Shown: one piece after another, positions 32,168 through 41,181 of the stretch
How positions within the stretch are numbered: position 1 is the stretch's first letter
Layout of the letters: the number at the start of each line of letters is the position of its first letter
From: Gemmatimonadota bacterium
GTDB lineage: Bacteria; Latescibacterota; UBA2968; UBA8231
NCBI GenBank assembly: GCA_038153405.1
Contig: JAYOYH010000024.1
Location: 14,674 to 63,735 of the forward strand
Length of the DNA: 49,062 bases
Direction of reading: 5' to 3'
The notes under the pieces: model-generated
The model's input: only the letters and a program-made list of their open reading frames with translations
The model's database searches: none
What the model was told of the DNA's origin: nothing
Position numbers and translations under genes: made by a program

Positions 32168-32206
32168 TATAGGGCGTCTGTCGCTGCGTCCGACGGGCGC
32201 CCTATA
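32168..32206 (+). terminator. strong hairpin after the HExxH gene (terminator or stabiliser, no U-tract)
   Basis: 16-bp stem TATAGGGCGTCTGTCG / CGACGGGCGCCCTATA with two G-U pairs and a 7-nt loop. Confidence 0.5.
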
Positions 32207-32229
32207 CGCTAGGTTGTAGGAGTCATCAC

Positions 32230-33408
32230 ATGGATGTAGAACAGCAGGTGCGCAGTGCCATTGACGTCGACTGGATCGCAGAGCGAACGGCCGAACTCGT
32301 CTCTGTTCCCAGCGTTACCATGGACGAAGCGGCCGTGTGCAATCTCTATGAGGAGATGCTACGCGGTCTAGGTTTAGAGGTGGTCGTGCGCCCCGTGACA
32401 CCTGGCCGCAACAACCTCTATCTGCGGATACCTGGCCGCGGCGATGGCTCTTCCCTGATGTTAAACGGCCACCTAGACACGATACCGCAGGGCGCGTGTG
32501 GTCCCATGCGGCGCACGGACGGGCGCATTTACGGTCGCGGCGCCACCGATATGAAGGGTGGAATGGCTGCGATGTTGGGTGCGGCAAAGGCCCTGTTGGA
32601 GAGCGAGGTGCAGCTGCGCGGCGATCTATGGCTGACTGCCGTGGTTGGGCACGAGGAAACGGTGGCAAAGAAGGATGGACCGCGCGCGTTGGTAGATGAC
32701 GTGCAAAATGGGGTGCTGTCCTGCGATCGGATTCTCATCGTCGAGGGGCGCGATGCGCTGTGGGTGATGAGTATGGGGTCCATGGTCTTTACCATCGAAC
32801 TCACCTCGCCGTTGGGAGGGCGCCACACGCAGTACGTGCCGTTTGCCGACAACCCAATACGCAGCGTTGGGCAGCTAATCGATCGCCTTGGTCAGCAGCA
32901 ACAGGCCTTGGATGTGGAAGCTATCCACCCACTGGCCGGGGCCGAGCGGGTCGACCTGGGGCTGGTGCACGTCGGCGACTATTTCAACCGCACGCCGGTG
33001 CACGCGCTGCTGCAGGGCACGCGGCGCTGGGCACCGGGGCGGTGCGCTACGGACGTCCTAGAAGAGTTGCGCGCTCTAGTGGGGGACGTGGCCGAGGGCG
33101 GAGGGCTAGATTGGCGAGTTGATATGGAGCATGAGCGCGAGCCGTTTGAAACGCCGGTCGATGACGGCGCCGTGCAGGCCGTGGCCGCTGCACACGAACG
33201 GATGGTCGGTCACCCGCCAGAACTGGTCGGCATGCGGATCGTTGGCGATGCCAACATATATGTTCATGCAACGGGCATTCCCACTTTCTACTACGGACCT
33301 TCAAACGAGACGGCGCATGCCGACGTAGAATGGGTCGACGAGCAGCGCCTCGGTCAGGCCGCGGGCGTCTATGCGCTAGCGGCCATGCGCTACTGCGGCC
33401 TAGCCTAG
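32230..33408 (+). CDS. M20/M25/M40 family metallohydrolase (ArgE/DapE-like)
   Basis: NGHLDT, GRGATDMKGG, GHEE, AHADVE. AGGAG RBS. Confidence 0.92.
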   Translation: MDVEQQVRSAIDVDWIAERTAELVSVPSVTMDEAAVCNLYEEMLRGLGLEVVVRPVTPGRNNLYLRIPGRGDGSSLMLNGHLDTIPQGACGPMRRTDGRIYGRGATDMKGGMAAMLGAAKALLESEVQLRGDLWLTAVVGHEETVAKKDGPRALVDDVQNGVLSCDRILIVEGRDALWVMSMGSMVFTIELTSPLGGRHTQYVPFADNPIRSVGQLIDRLGQQQQALDVEAIHPLAGAERVDLGLVHVGDYFNRTPVHALLQGTRRWAPGRCATDVLEELRALVGDVAEGGGLDWRVDMEHEREPFETPVDDGAVQAVAAAHERMVGHPPELVGMRIVGDANIYVHATGIPTFYYGPSNETAHADVEWVDEQRLGQAAGVYALAAMRYCGLA

Positions 33409-33488
33409 ATGAGCGAGTCGTTGCGCCAATGGTTTTGCGCCTTTAGATTGTGTATGCATTCTTTGAACGGAGGAAAGAGCAAGTCATA

Positions 33489-33713
33489 ATGGAAAACCAA
33501 GCTGTGCACGCCAAACTGCAGGCCCAGGGCGAGGAATTAGAGGCCATAAAAGAGATGTTGAAGATCAAAATTGATGGGGATTGGGATGAGGATATGATTG
33601 GCACGGCCTTTGATAACTTGGAGGCATTGCTGTGCGGCGAAGTGGCGGAAGATGCACCCTCTGCTCGTCCCAAGCGCAATGTGCCACAGCAGCGGCGCCG
33701 TCGCCGGCGCTAA
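33489..33713 (+). CDS. small hypothetical protein with an acidic core and poly-Arg tail
   Basis: ORF of about 74 aa from ATG 33489, followed by a terminator hairpin. Start uncertain. Confidence 0.6.
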   Translation: MENQAVHAKLQAQGEELEAIKEMLKIKIDGDWDEDMIGTAFDNLEALLCGEVAEDAPSARPKRNVPQQRRRRRR

Positions 33714-33733
33714 ATTGACTGAGGGGCAATGGC

Positions 33734-33771
33734 AAAGGGGCTGTCCTGCGGGGGCGGCCCCTTTTGTGTTT
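33734..33771 (+). terminator. intrinsic terminator
   Basis: AAAGGGGCTGTCC / GGGCGGCCCCTTT stem with G-U pairs, followed by a T-rich tail. Confidence 0.7.
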
Positions 33772-33784
33772 GTCCCATCGGGCT

Positions 33785-34969
33785 ATGTCGACATCGATTG
33801 ATATTGCCAAAGTGCGCGATGATTTCCCCGCGCTGAAAAACTTCGTATGGCTGCAAAACGGCGGCGTTAGCATAACGCCGCTGCCCGTTGCCCGCGAGCA
33901 TGCCACGCGTATGGAAGAACTGCTCGAACGCGGCCCCCTGCATATCGCATTCCCGCAAGAGGAGTACCCGCGGCGCGCACGCAGCATGGATGTACTGGCG
34001 CACTTTTTTTCTTGTCAGGTGAGCGAACTAGCGCTAATGCGCGGTGTGAGCGAGGCTTTTCAAACCGTACTGCGTGGCATCGATTGGCACGCGGGCGATC
34101 GCGTATTGATTACCGAGGACGAAGAGGCCGCCCTGCTGCTGCCGCTTCTGCACCTGCGCGACGTCAGCGGAATCGAGGTCATAAAGGTATCGCTGGTCGC
34201 CGATCCGCACGAACAACTCGCTCTCTTTGAACGACAAATGAACGAGCGCACGCGCCTACTGGCCGTCAGTCACGTCACGACCGATAGAGGCTTTCGCCTG
34301 CCCGTTGAGCGACTGTGTGAGGCTGCCCGAGCGCGCGGCGTGTTGAGTTTTGTCGACTTGGCGCATTCGGCCGGGTTATTTCCGTTATCGCTGCGCGATC
34401 TGGGCTGCGACTTTGCCGGTCTACTATCCTATAAATGGATGTACGCGCCCTACGCTGCCGGCGCGCTATTTGTGCGCCGCGAAATGCTGGACGTGCTGCA
34501 GGTGCGCTATGCGGGGGGGCGATCGCAGGCGGCTCTGGACTTCGAGGGGGACACCTATAGCCTGCGCGATAGCGCCGAGCGCTTTCAATACGGACCGTGG
34601 TCGTGGCCACTGGTGCACGCTTGGGCGCGCTCGCTCGAGTACCTGCAGTCGATTGGCCTGGCGGCTATAGAGGAGCGCACGCAGCAATTGGCCACCCACC
34701 TCAAAGAAGGTTTGGCGGAATTGGGTGCCGAACTTTACACGCCGACTAGCGCTGAATCATCGGCCGCACTCGTTAGTTTTGGCTACGGTGAAGTCGCCGG
34801 CAAGGATCTGTGTGCCGCGCTGCGCCAGCGTTGGAATATCGTCGTTAAGGCGCTTCCACACGGCCGTCAAGGGCTGCGTGCGAGCGTGGCTTTTTTCCTA
34901 CTAGATGACGAACTCGATGTGCTCTTAAGCGGGCTACACGCCCTTGGCAAGGAGAGACGTTCGAAATGA
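33785..34969 (+). CDS. class V PLP-dependent enzyme (C-S lyase/epimerase-like)
   Basis: VRDDFPAL, SHVT, DLAHSAG, SYKW (PLP Lys), LRAS. No desulfurase catalytic Cys loop visible. Confidence 0.88.
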   Translation: MSTSIDIAKVRDDFPALKNFVWLQNGGVSITPLPVAREHATRMEELLERGPLHIAFPQEEYPRRARSMDVLAHFFSCQVSELALMRGVSEAFQTVLRGIDWHAGDRVLITEDEEAALLLPLLHLRDVSGIEVIKVSLVADPHEQLALFERQMNERTRLLAVSHVTTDRGFRLPVERLCEAARARGVLSFVDLAHSAGLFPLSLRDLGCDFAGLLSYKWMYAPYAAGALFVRREMLDVLQVRYAGGRSQAALDFEGDTYSLRDSAERFQYGPWSWPLVHAWARSLEYLQSIGLAAIEERTQQLATHLKEGLAELGAELYTPTSAESSAALVSFGYGEVAGKDLCAALRQRWNIVVKALPHGRQGLRASVAFFLLDDELDVLLSGLHALGKERRSK

Positions 34970-36042
34970 AAATATGTAAAGTTGAGGTGATTCAGATCGA
35001 GACACCGCGCTATTACGGCCACGTGTCGGGTCACGTACTGGTCAAAGTGCACGTTGACAACGGGCCGATTGGCTGGGGCGAGGCCTCAGACAGTCGCGCA
35101 CAGGATCTGGCTGCTGTGGCCCAGCAGTATGGCGATTTGTTGGTGGGGCAGGATGCGCGCAATATCACGCAGATCAACGAGATGCTGCGCGCGCACCGCT
35201 TTGGATCCAGCGTCAGCGATATGCATTTAGTATCGGCCATCGACCTAGCGCTATACGATCTCAACGGCAAAGCACAGGGCGTACCGGCCTACCAGCTGCT
35301 GGGTGGGAAATGCCGCGACAGGCTCTATTGCTGTTATCCGATTTTTGGCTGGCAGGTGCGCGAAGATTTTGAGCGCGCCGCCTCGTACTTGCAGCGCTTG
35401 GTCGATCTGGGGCATCACCTATTCCGCTACTACGTGTCGGGAGACTGCGCGTTGGACGACCGCTTTCTCAGCGAGGTAACATCGCGTTGGGGCGACGCCC
35501 TCAAACTCAAGTCACTCGATTTTTCTGGACGTTTTCGCGAGTGGGAAGAGGTGCTGCGCTACGGCATGGCGCTGCGCCACCACAACCCCTATCACTTTGA
35601 GCAGCCATCGCGCGATATGCGCGTTTCTGCTCAGTTTACCAAGCGCGTTGATCTACCCGTAACATGGCATATTCACAGTTTGCAACAGGGCTATGAGGCA
35701 ATTGATAGCGGCGCCTGTACGGCTTTTAACGTGGCCTGTGTTGCCGCCGGACCAACGCACATCCGGCGCTTATTCGCCTTAGCCGAGGCCGCCGGTTTTC
35801 GCTGCCTGATCGGCACCGACCAGGAGTCGACTCTCGGCGTATCAGCTCAGGTTAGCGTCGGCGTTTCCATGCCCAATATCAGCTTGCCCTGCGATCCGAT
35901 GGGCCCCGTGCTCTACACCGCCTCGCCGGCCAAAGAGCGCGTGCGCGCAGAGGGCAGCTATCTCTACCCCTTTGAAGGGCCCGGTCTGGGCGTGGAGATC
36001 GACGAGGAAAAGCTGCGTCAGATCACCGTCGCCAGCGCCTGA
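34966..36042 (+). CDS. enolase superfamily (MR/MLE) protein, galactarate dehydratase-II-like subgroup
   Basis: GWGE, AIDLALYDLNGK, CYPIF, FRYY (RxY), KSLDFS, EQP, WH, GTDQE, DPMGP, GPGLGVEIDE. Confidence 0.88.
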   Translation: MKICKVEVIQIETPRYYGHVSGHVLVKVHVDNGPIGWGEASDSRAQDLAAVAQQYGDLLVGQDARNITQINEMLRAHRFGSSVSDMHLVSAIDLALYDLNGKAQGVPAYQLLGGKCRDRLYCCYPIFGWQVREDFERAASYLQRLVDLGHHLFRYYVSGDCALDDRFLSEVTSRWGDALKLKSLDFSGRFREWEEVLRYGMALRHHNPYHFEQPSRDMRVSAQFTKRVDLPVTWHIHSLQQGYEAIDSGACTAFNVACVAAGPTHIRRLFALAEAAGFRCLIGTDQESTLGVSAQVSVGVSMPNISLPCDPMGPVLYTASPAKERVRAEGSYLYPFEGPGLGVEIDEEKLRQITVASA

Positions 36043-36809
36043 TGGGCGGTCTGGACGAAGTGCAAATACGCCATTTCCAACGGTGTGGCTTTGCGCTGGT
36101 CGCCAATCCGCTGTCGAGCGCTGAGATGGCAATCATCGATGCGCGGCAGCGGGCCCTTGAACCGGAGTGGGAACGGGCCGACATTCCCGATCACTTCAAC
36201 CGCTCGGCCTGTCAGTTCCTCATGATGGGCGAGTTGCTGTTGCGGCAAGTCGAGCGCCCGCAGTTGCTGGGGTGGGCGCGCACTCTGTTGGGGTGTGAGG
36301 ATATACGTATCGGTGCTTGTGGCCTGGGCGATGCATCGAAGATCATTAGCTCGGACGGCCGACCGCAGCGGCAGGTGCACTGGCACGCCGATGGCGGACC
36401 GGATGTGGCACAGGTCGCGTTGCGCACGGCTCTTGATCGACACGGTCCAGATAACGGTCCGCTGCGCGTACTGCCCGGCAGCATGAGTCGCCTGGGTGAG
36501 GATGTACGCGAGGAGTTGAGACAGCTCGAACTGGCCGGAGGAGCTTGCGACGGCGAGCCGAAACTGCTCTTTGCGCGCCATCCGCACGAAGTAGAGGTGC
36601 ACTTGGATCCGCGCTGGACGTTGGTGTGGAACCCAAGCACTTGGCACGCGACGGGCGTCAAGACGGCAGAGGGCCGGCGGCGCGCCATGAGTTGGAACTA
36701 CGTTCCGGCTGGGGGGCGAAAAAGGGATAGCGAAGCGTTAAAGTTTCTTATGCCGCAGTGGTCACACTGGTCTGAGGAGCGCCAACGCCTTTGGGGTTTG
36801 GTCGATTAA
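36042..36809 (+). CDS. phytanoyl-CoA dioxygenase (PhyH) family protein
   Basis: WHADG, NGPLRVLPGS, TWHA, RRAM. Start overlaps the upstream stop. Confidence 0.85.
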   Translation: MGGLDEVQIRHFQRCGFALVANPLSSAEMAIIDARQRALEPEWERADIPDHFNRSACQFLMMGELLLRQVERPQLLGWARTLLGCEDIRIGACGLGDASKIISSDGRPQRQVHWHADGGPDVAQVALRTALDRHGPDNGPLRVLPGSMSRLGEDVREELRQLELAGGACDGEPKLLFARHPHEVEVHLDPRWTLVWNPSTWHATGVKTAEGRRRAMSWNYVPAGGRKRDSEALKFLMPQWSHWSEERQRLWGLVD

Positions 36810-36847
36810 ACGGCTAGCGCAACATATCAATCAGGAGAATAGCAACG

Positions 36848-37843
36848 ATGAGCGAAGCGCAAGAAGAGCGGGGTTGGGCCGATCGCTGGATTGGTTTTAG
36901 AGAGGAGATCAAGGTATTCGATGTGACGATTCGCGACGGCGGCTTGATGAACGATCATCACTTTAGTGACGAGGTGGTCGGCGGCGTGTATCAGGCGTGC
37001 GTGGAGGCCGGCGTAGACTATATGGAAATAGGGTATATCAATTCGAGAGCGCAGTTTCCCGCCGATGAATTTGGTCCGTGGAAGCACTGCCGCGAAGAAG
37101 ATCTGCGCCGCGTCGTAGGCGATAACGAAACGGATCTTAAACTCTGCGCGATGGCCGATGCCGAAAAGAGCGATTATAAAGAAGATATTTTGCCCTCGGG
37201 CGAAAGCGTGCTCGATATGATCCGCGTGGCCACCTATATACACCAGATGCCCCTGGCCATTGAAATGATTCACGATGCGCACAAGAAGGGGTACGAGACG
37301 ACGCTCAACCTGATGGCCGTTTCGACTGTGCCCGAAGCTGAAGTGCGCGAAGCGCTGGAAATGCTGGCCGACACACCGGTGCTATCGGTCTACGTCGTCG
37401 ATAGCTTTGGCTCCCTCTACAGCGAGCAGATACACGCCCTATACGACCTCTTTGCTCATTACTGCAAGCCACATGGAATAGAGGTGGGCATGCACATGCA
37501 CAACAACCGCCAACTGGCCTTTGCCAATACGATTGAAGGGGTGATCCGCGGGGCCAACTGCTTGGATGCGTCCATGGCGGGTTTGGGGCGCGGGGCAGGT
37601 AACTGCCAGTTGGAACTGCTGATGGGATTTCTGCACAATCCCAAATTCCGTCTGCGACCCGTATTGCAGTGCATTGAGGACCACATCGAGCCCATGCGCG
37701 AGCAGCTGCTGTGGGGCTTTGATTATCCGTATATGATTACCGGTTTGCTCAACGAGCATCCGCGTTCGGGCATGGCGTTTAACGCCTCTGAGGATCGCGG
37801 AAAAATTGTTCAGTTTTACGATATGATGAAGGCGGAAGCCTAA
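36848..37843 (+). CDS. DRE-TIM metallolyase (HMGL-like / 4-hydroxy-2-oxovalerate aldolase-like catalytic domain)
   Basis: DVTIRDGG, VDSFG, HMHNN, GLGRGAGN. AGGAG RBS. Confidence 0.88.
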   Translation: MSEAQEERGWADRWIGFREEIKVFDVTIRDGGLMNDHHFSDEVVGGVYQACVEAGVDYMEIGYINSRAQFPADEFGPWKHCREEDLRRVVGDNETDLKLCAMADAEKSDYKEDILPSGESVLDMIRVATYIHQMPLAIEMIHDAHKKGYETTLNLMAVSTVPEAEVREALEMLADTPVLSVYVVDSFGSLYSEQIHALYDLFAHYCKPHGIEVGMHMHNNRQLAFANTIEGVIRGANCLDASMAGLGRGAGNCQLELLMGFLHNPKFRLRPVLQCIEDHIEPMREQLLWGFDYPYMITGLLNEHPRSGMAFNASEDRGKIVQFYDMMKAEA

Positions 37844-37863
37844 GCATTGAATCGACGGATATG

Positions 37864-37900
37864 AAGCGGCGCGGTAGCTCTTTTACCGCGCCGCTTTTTT
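37864..37900 (+). terminator. intrinsic terminator
   Basis: Perfect 13-bp stem AAGCGGCGCGGTA / TACCGCGCCGCTT ending in a T6 tract. Confidence 0.88.
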
Positions 37901-38008
37901 ATGCGCTGTCCAGAGGCGTTGTATGGCTATTCAATTTATCCCATCTTAGGGCGCTATAGCCCACGCTGGGGCTGCGAGCTCGATACATTTTTGCACGAGG
38001 AAGGTCGT

Positions 38009-39850
38009 ATGACTACGCGCGAATTAAGCACGGGCAGTCTGCGCTGCACGCTGGGTGGGCCTATGGGTGACTATATGCGCGCCGTGACGCAGCAGTGGCT
38101 GCTGGTGGCGCCGCGCGCCAATCCCGCTATGCTCGATATGTTTCGCGATCGGGATCGTCGGCCCCACCGCAATATGGTGCCTTGGGCAGGGGAGTTTGCC
38201 GGCAAGTATTTAACCAGCGCCGTGCAGTTGTTGCGCCTAACCGAGGATGCCAACTTGCGCACCTGCGTCGAAGAATTTGTCGCCGATCTGCTGGCTTGCC
38301 AGGCCGAGGATGGCTATTTGGGTCCGTGGCCCGCTCGCTATCGACTGCGCGGAACGGCGCCCAACGTCGGGGGCAACGGTGGGCCGACGTGGGATGCCTG
38401 GGGTCATTATCACATCGCCCTCGGCTTACTCCTGTGGAACGAGTACAGCGGCGATGGAGCGGCTCTGCGCGGGGCCGAGCGCATCGCCGACCTGTTCTGC
38501 AAAAAGTTTCTCGGTCGCAAACGCCCGCGCCTGGTCGATACGGGCAGCACGGAGATGAACCTGGCTATGGCACACGCGCTGTGCCTGCTCTACCGGCGAA
38601 ACGGAGCGCGGCGCTATCTCGAACTGACGCTGCAAATCGTCGAGGAATTTGCCGCGACCGATGGAGAGGGAAATTTGCTGGCCGGCGACTACGTAAATCA
38701 GGCCCTGCGCGGCGTCGATTTTTTTCAAACGCCCAAGCCGCGCTGGGAGAGCCTGCACCCGATTATGGCGCTGGCTGAGCTCTACTGGATAACGGGTGAG
38801 GAGCACTATCGCCGCGTTTGCGAACAAATTTGGTGGAGCATTGCGCGGCTGGATCGCCACAATAACGGGGGGTTTTCCTCCGGCGAGCAGGCCCAGGGCA
38901 ATCCCTATCATCAGGGGGCGATCGAAACCTGCTGCACGATTGCCTGGATGGCCTTTTCGATCGAGGTGCTAAAGATGACGGGCGATTCCGTAGTGGCCGA
39001 CGAATTGGAGCTCTCGCTGCTCAATTCGGGTTTGGGTCTGCACTCGCCCAGCGGGCGCTGGGTGACGTACAACACGCCCATGGACGGCGTGCGCAGAGCC
39101 AGCGCTCACGATATTGTCTTTCAAGCGCGCGAGGGCAGTCCCGAGCTCAACTGCTGCAGCGTCAACGGGCCGCGCGGGTTGGGCTTGCTGGGCGACTGGG
39201 CTCTGCTGAGCGACGGCGAGAACGCGGTGCTCAACTGGTATGGCCCGGCCGCCATGGAGATTGTTCTACGCTGTGGCGTCAAGGTGCATCTGCGCCAGGA
39301 GACTGACTATCCGCACTCGGGGCGCATACGCCTGCACGTCGCCCCCAGAAGAGCGCACGCCTTTGCGCTTAAGCTGCGCGTTCCGCACTGGTCGGCGCGC
39401 ACGCGCGTGCGGATAAACGGGACGTCTATGCGCGGCGTCATCGCCGGAGAATACTTGACAATCGAGCGGCGTTGGAAAGAGGGAGATTGCGTCGAGATAG
39501 ACCTCGATATGTCGCTGCACTACTGGCTGGGTCAGCGCGAGTGCCGCGGCAAGGCATCGCTCTACCGCGGCCCCGTTTTGCTGACCTATGATCGGCGATT
39601 TAACGAGATCGATCCGCAGCATATTCCCGCTCTGGACATGGACGGCGTGCGGATGCGCCTCAAGCGCGTTGCCGGCGTCTTGGTCGCCGTAAACGTGAAG
39701 GCGGCCGATGGGCGCGCGCTGACCCTGTGCGATTTTGCCAGCGCGGGGGCGGGCGGGGCGCCCTATCGATCGTGGCTGAAGGTGCGCGGTGGCCGGTCGA
39801 CGCCCTTTTCGCCGCGCACGCCGCTGCGCAGCGGGAGGATATCATCGTGA
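38009..39850 (+). CDS. GH127 family glycoside hydrolase (beta-L-arabinofuranosidase-like)
   Basis: GEFAGK, IETCC, ELNCC (Zn-Cys/Glu site), QETDYP, LRVPHW, RGPVLL. ATG at 38009 follows GAGG. Confidence 0.88.
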   Translation: MTTRELSTGSLRCTLGGPMGDYMRAVTQQWLLVAPRANPAMLDMFRDRDRRPHRNMVPWAGEFAGKYLTSAVQLLRLTEDANLRTCVEEFVADLLACQAEDGYLGPWPARYRLRGTAPNVGGNGGPTWDAWGHYHIALGLLLWNEYSGDGAALRGAERIADLFCKKFLGRKRPRLVDTGSTEMNLAMAHALCLLYRRNGARRYLELTLQIVEEFAATDGEGNLLAGDYVNQALRGVDFFQTPKPRWESLHPIMALAELYWITGEEHYRRVCEQIWWSIARLDRHNNGGFSSGEQAQGNPYHQGAIETCCTIAWMAFSIEVLKMTGDSVVADELELSLLNSGLGLHSPSGRWVTYNTPMDGVRRASAHDIVFQAREGSPELNCCSVNGPRGLGLLGDWALLSDGENAVLNWYGPAAMEIVLRCGVKVHLRQETDYPHSGRIRLHVAPRRAHAFALKLRVPHWSARTRVRINGTSMRGVIAGEYLTIERRWKEGDCVEIDLDMSLHYWLGQRECRGKASLYRGPVLLTYDRRFNEIDPQHIPALDMDGVRMRLKRVAGVLVAVNVKAADGRALTLCDFASAGAGGAPYRSWLKVRGGRSTPFSPRTPLRSGRISS

Positions 39851-41181
39851 ACGATGCCGGGCGCATAGAGCGCTCCCTAGCGCTGTATCGCCGAGCCAAG
39901 GAGCTCATTCCCGGGGTGGCGCAGTTGATCAGCCGGCGGCCCACGCGCGCGGCCTTCGGCGTCAGTCCGATTTATGCCCAGCGCGCCAAGGGATGCAGAA
40001 TCTGGGACGTCGATGGCCACGAATATATCGATTGGCACAGCGGCGTGGGGCCCATTGTGCTCGGCTATTGCGACGACGAGGTCGACGCGGCGGTGTGCGC
40101 GCAGATTGCACGCGGCACGGTCTCCAGTCTGCTGGACGAAACCCAGGTGCTGCTGGCCGAGGAGTTGGTGCGGCTGATTCCGTCGGCTGAAATGGTTCGC
40201 TTTTGCAAGGGCGGCGGCGAGGCCTGTGCCATTGCCGTGCGCATCGCCCGCGCCCACAGCGGGCGCGACAAGGTGCTCTTCTGCGGCTATCACGGCTGGC
40301 ACGATTGGTATTTGGCGGCCAATTTGGGCGGCGAGCACCTAGCCGGACACCTGTTTAACGGCATAGAGCCGCTGGGCGTCCCGCATGCCTTGGAGGGCAC
40401 GGCTATTCCTTTTACCTACGGCGATTTATCCGAGTTGGAACAGCGCCTGCAGGTGCACGGGGACCAAGTGGCGTGCATTATAATGGAGCCGATGCGCAGC
40501 GCAGAACCGCCCGATGGCTATCTGCAGGGCGTGCGCGCGCTGGCCGATCGTTACGGGGTGCTGTTGGTATTCGACGAAGTGTCCTCGGGTTTTCGCGTCG
40601 CGCTGGGGGGGGCGCAGCAGCACCTCGGCGTTACGCCCGATCTCTCCGTTTTTGCCAAGGCCATTTCCAACGGCTATCCGCTCGGGGCCGTCGTCGGCCG
40701 GCGCGCCTATATGGCCGGTGCCGAACGCCTGTTTATATCTAGCGCCTACTGGGACGACGCGGTTGGCACTAGCGCGGCGCTGGCTACGCTCCGGGCGCTG
40801 CAGGAGCGCGATGCCGTCGCCCATTTTCGTCGCATCGGCACCCTTTTTATAGAGCAGATCAACGCGGTGGCTCGGCGGGTTGGCGCACCTGTCGAGTGCG
40901 CCGGCTGTGCAGCACATCCGCACATTCGCTTTGCCATTGAGGAAGCCGATCTGCTCAAAAAGGTGCAGACCTTATTCGTGCAAGAAAATGCCCGCCGCGG
41001 CGTGCTGCTGGCAACCGGTCTGTTCCTCAATGGGTCGCACGACGAGGAAGCCGTGGAAAAAACGGCGGCTGCGGTGGGTGAGAGTTTGGCCGTTATTGCG
41101 CGCACTGTAGAGACGGGGAGCGTCGATACTGCTCTCGTCAGTCCCGTGCAGGAGGAACTCTTTCGCCGACAGGTCGATTAG
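39847..41181 (+). CDS. class III aminotransferase (glutamate-1-semialdehyde aminomutase-like)
   Basis: DVDGHEYID, GYHGWHDW, IMEP, FDEV, FAKAISNGYP (PLP Lys). GTG start overlaps the GH127 stop. Confidence 0.9.
   Translation: MNDAGRIERSLALYRRAKELIPGVAQLISRRPTRAAFGVSPIYAQRAKGCRIWDVDGHEYIDWHSGVGPIVLGYCDDEVDAAVCAQIARGTVSSLLDETQVLLAEELVRLIPSAEMVRFCKGGGEACAIAVRIARAHSGRDKVLFCGYHGWHDWYLAANLGGEHLAGHLFNGIEPLGVPHALEGTAIPFTYGDLSELEQRLQVHGDQVACIIMEPMRSAEPPDGYLQGVRALADRYGVLLVFDEVSSGFRVALGGAQQHLGVTPDLSVFAKAISNGYPLGAVVGRRAYMAGAERLFISSAYWDDAVGTSAALATLRALQERDAVAHFRRIGTLFIEQINAVARRVGAPVECAGCAAHPHIRFAIEEADLLKKVQTLFVQENARRGVLLATGLFLNGSHDEEAVEKTAAAVGESLAVIARTVETGSVDTALVSPVQEELFRRQVD

Noticed and set aside
33785..34969. 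Calling this gene a cysteine desulfurase (sufS/iscS)
   Set aside because: No catalytic Cys motif in the C-terminal loop and no Fe-S cluster genes nearby.
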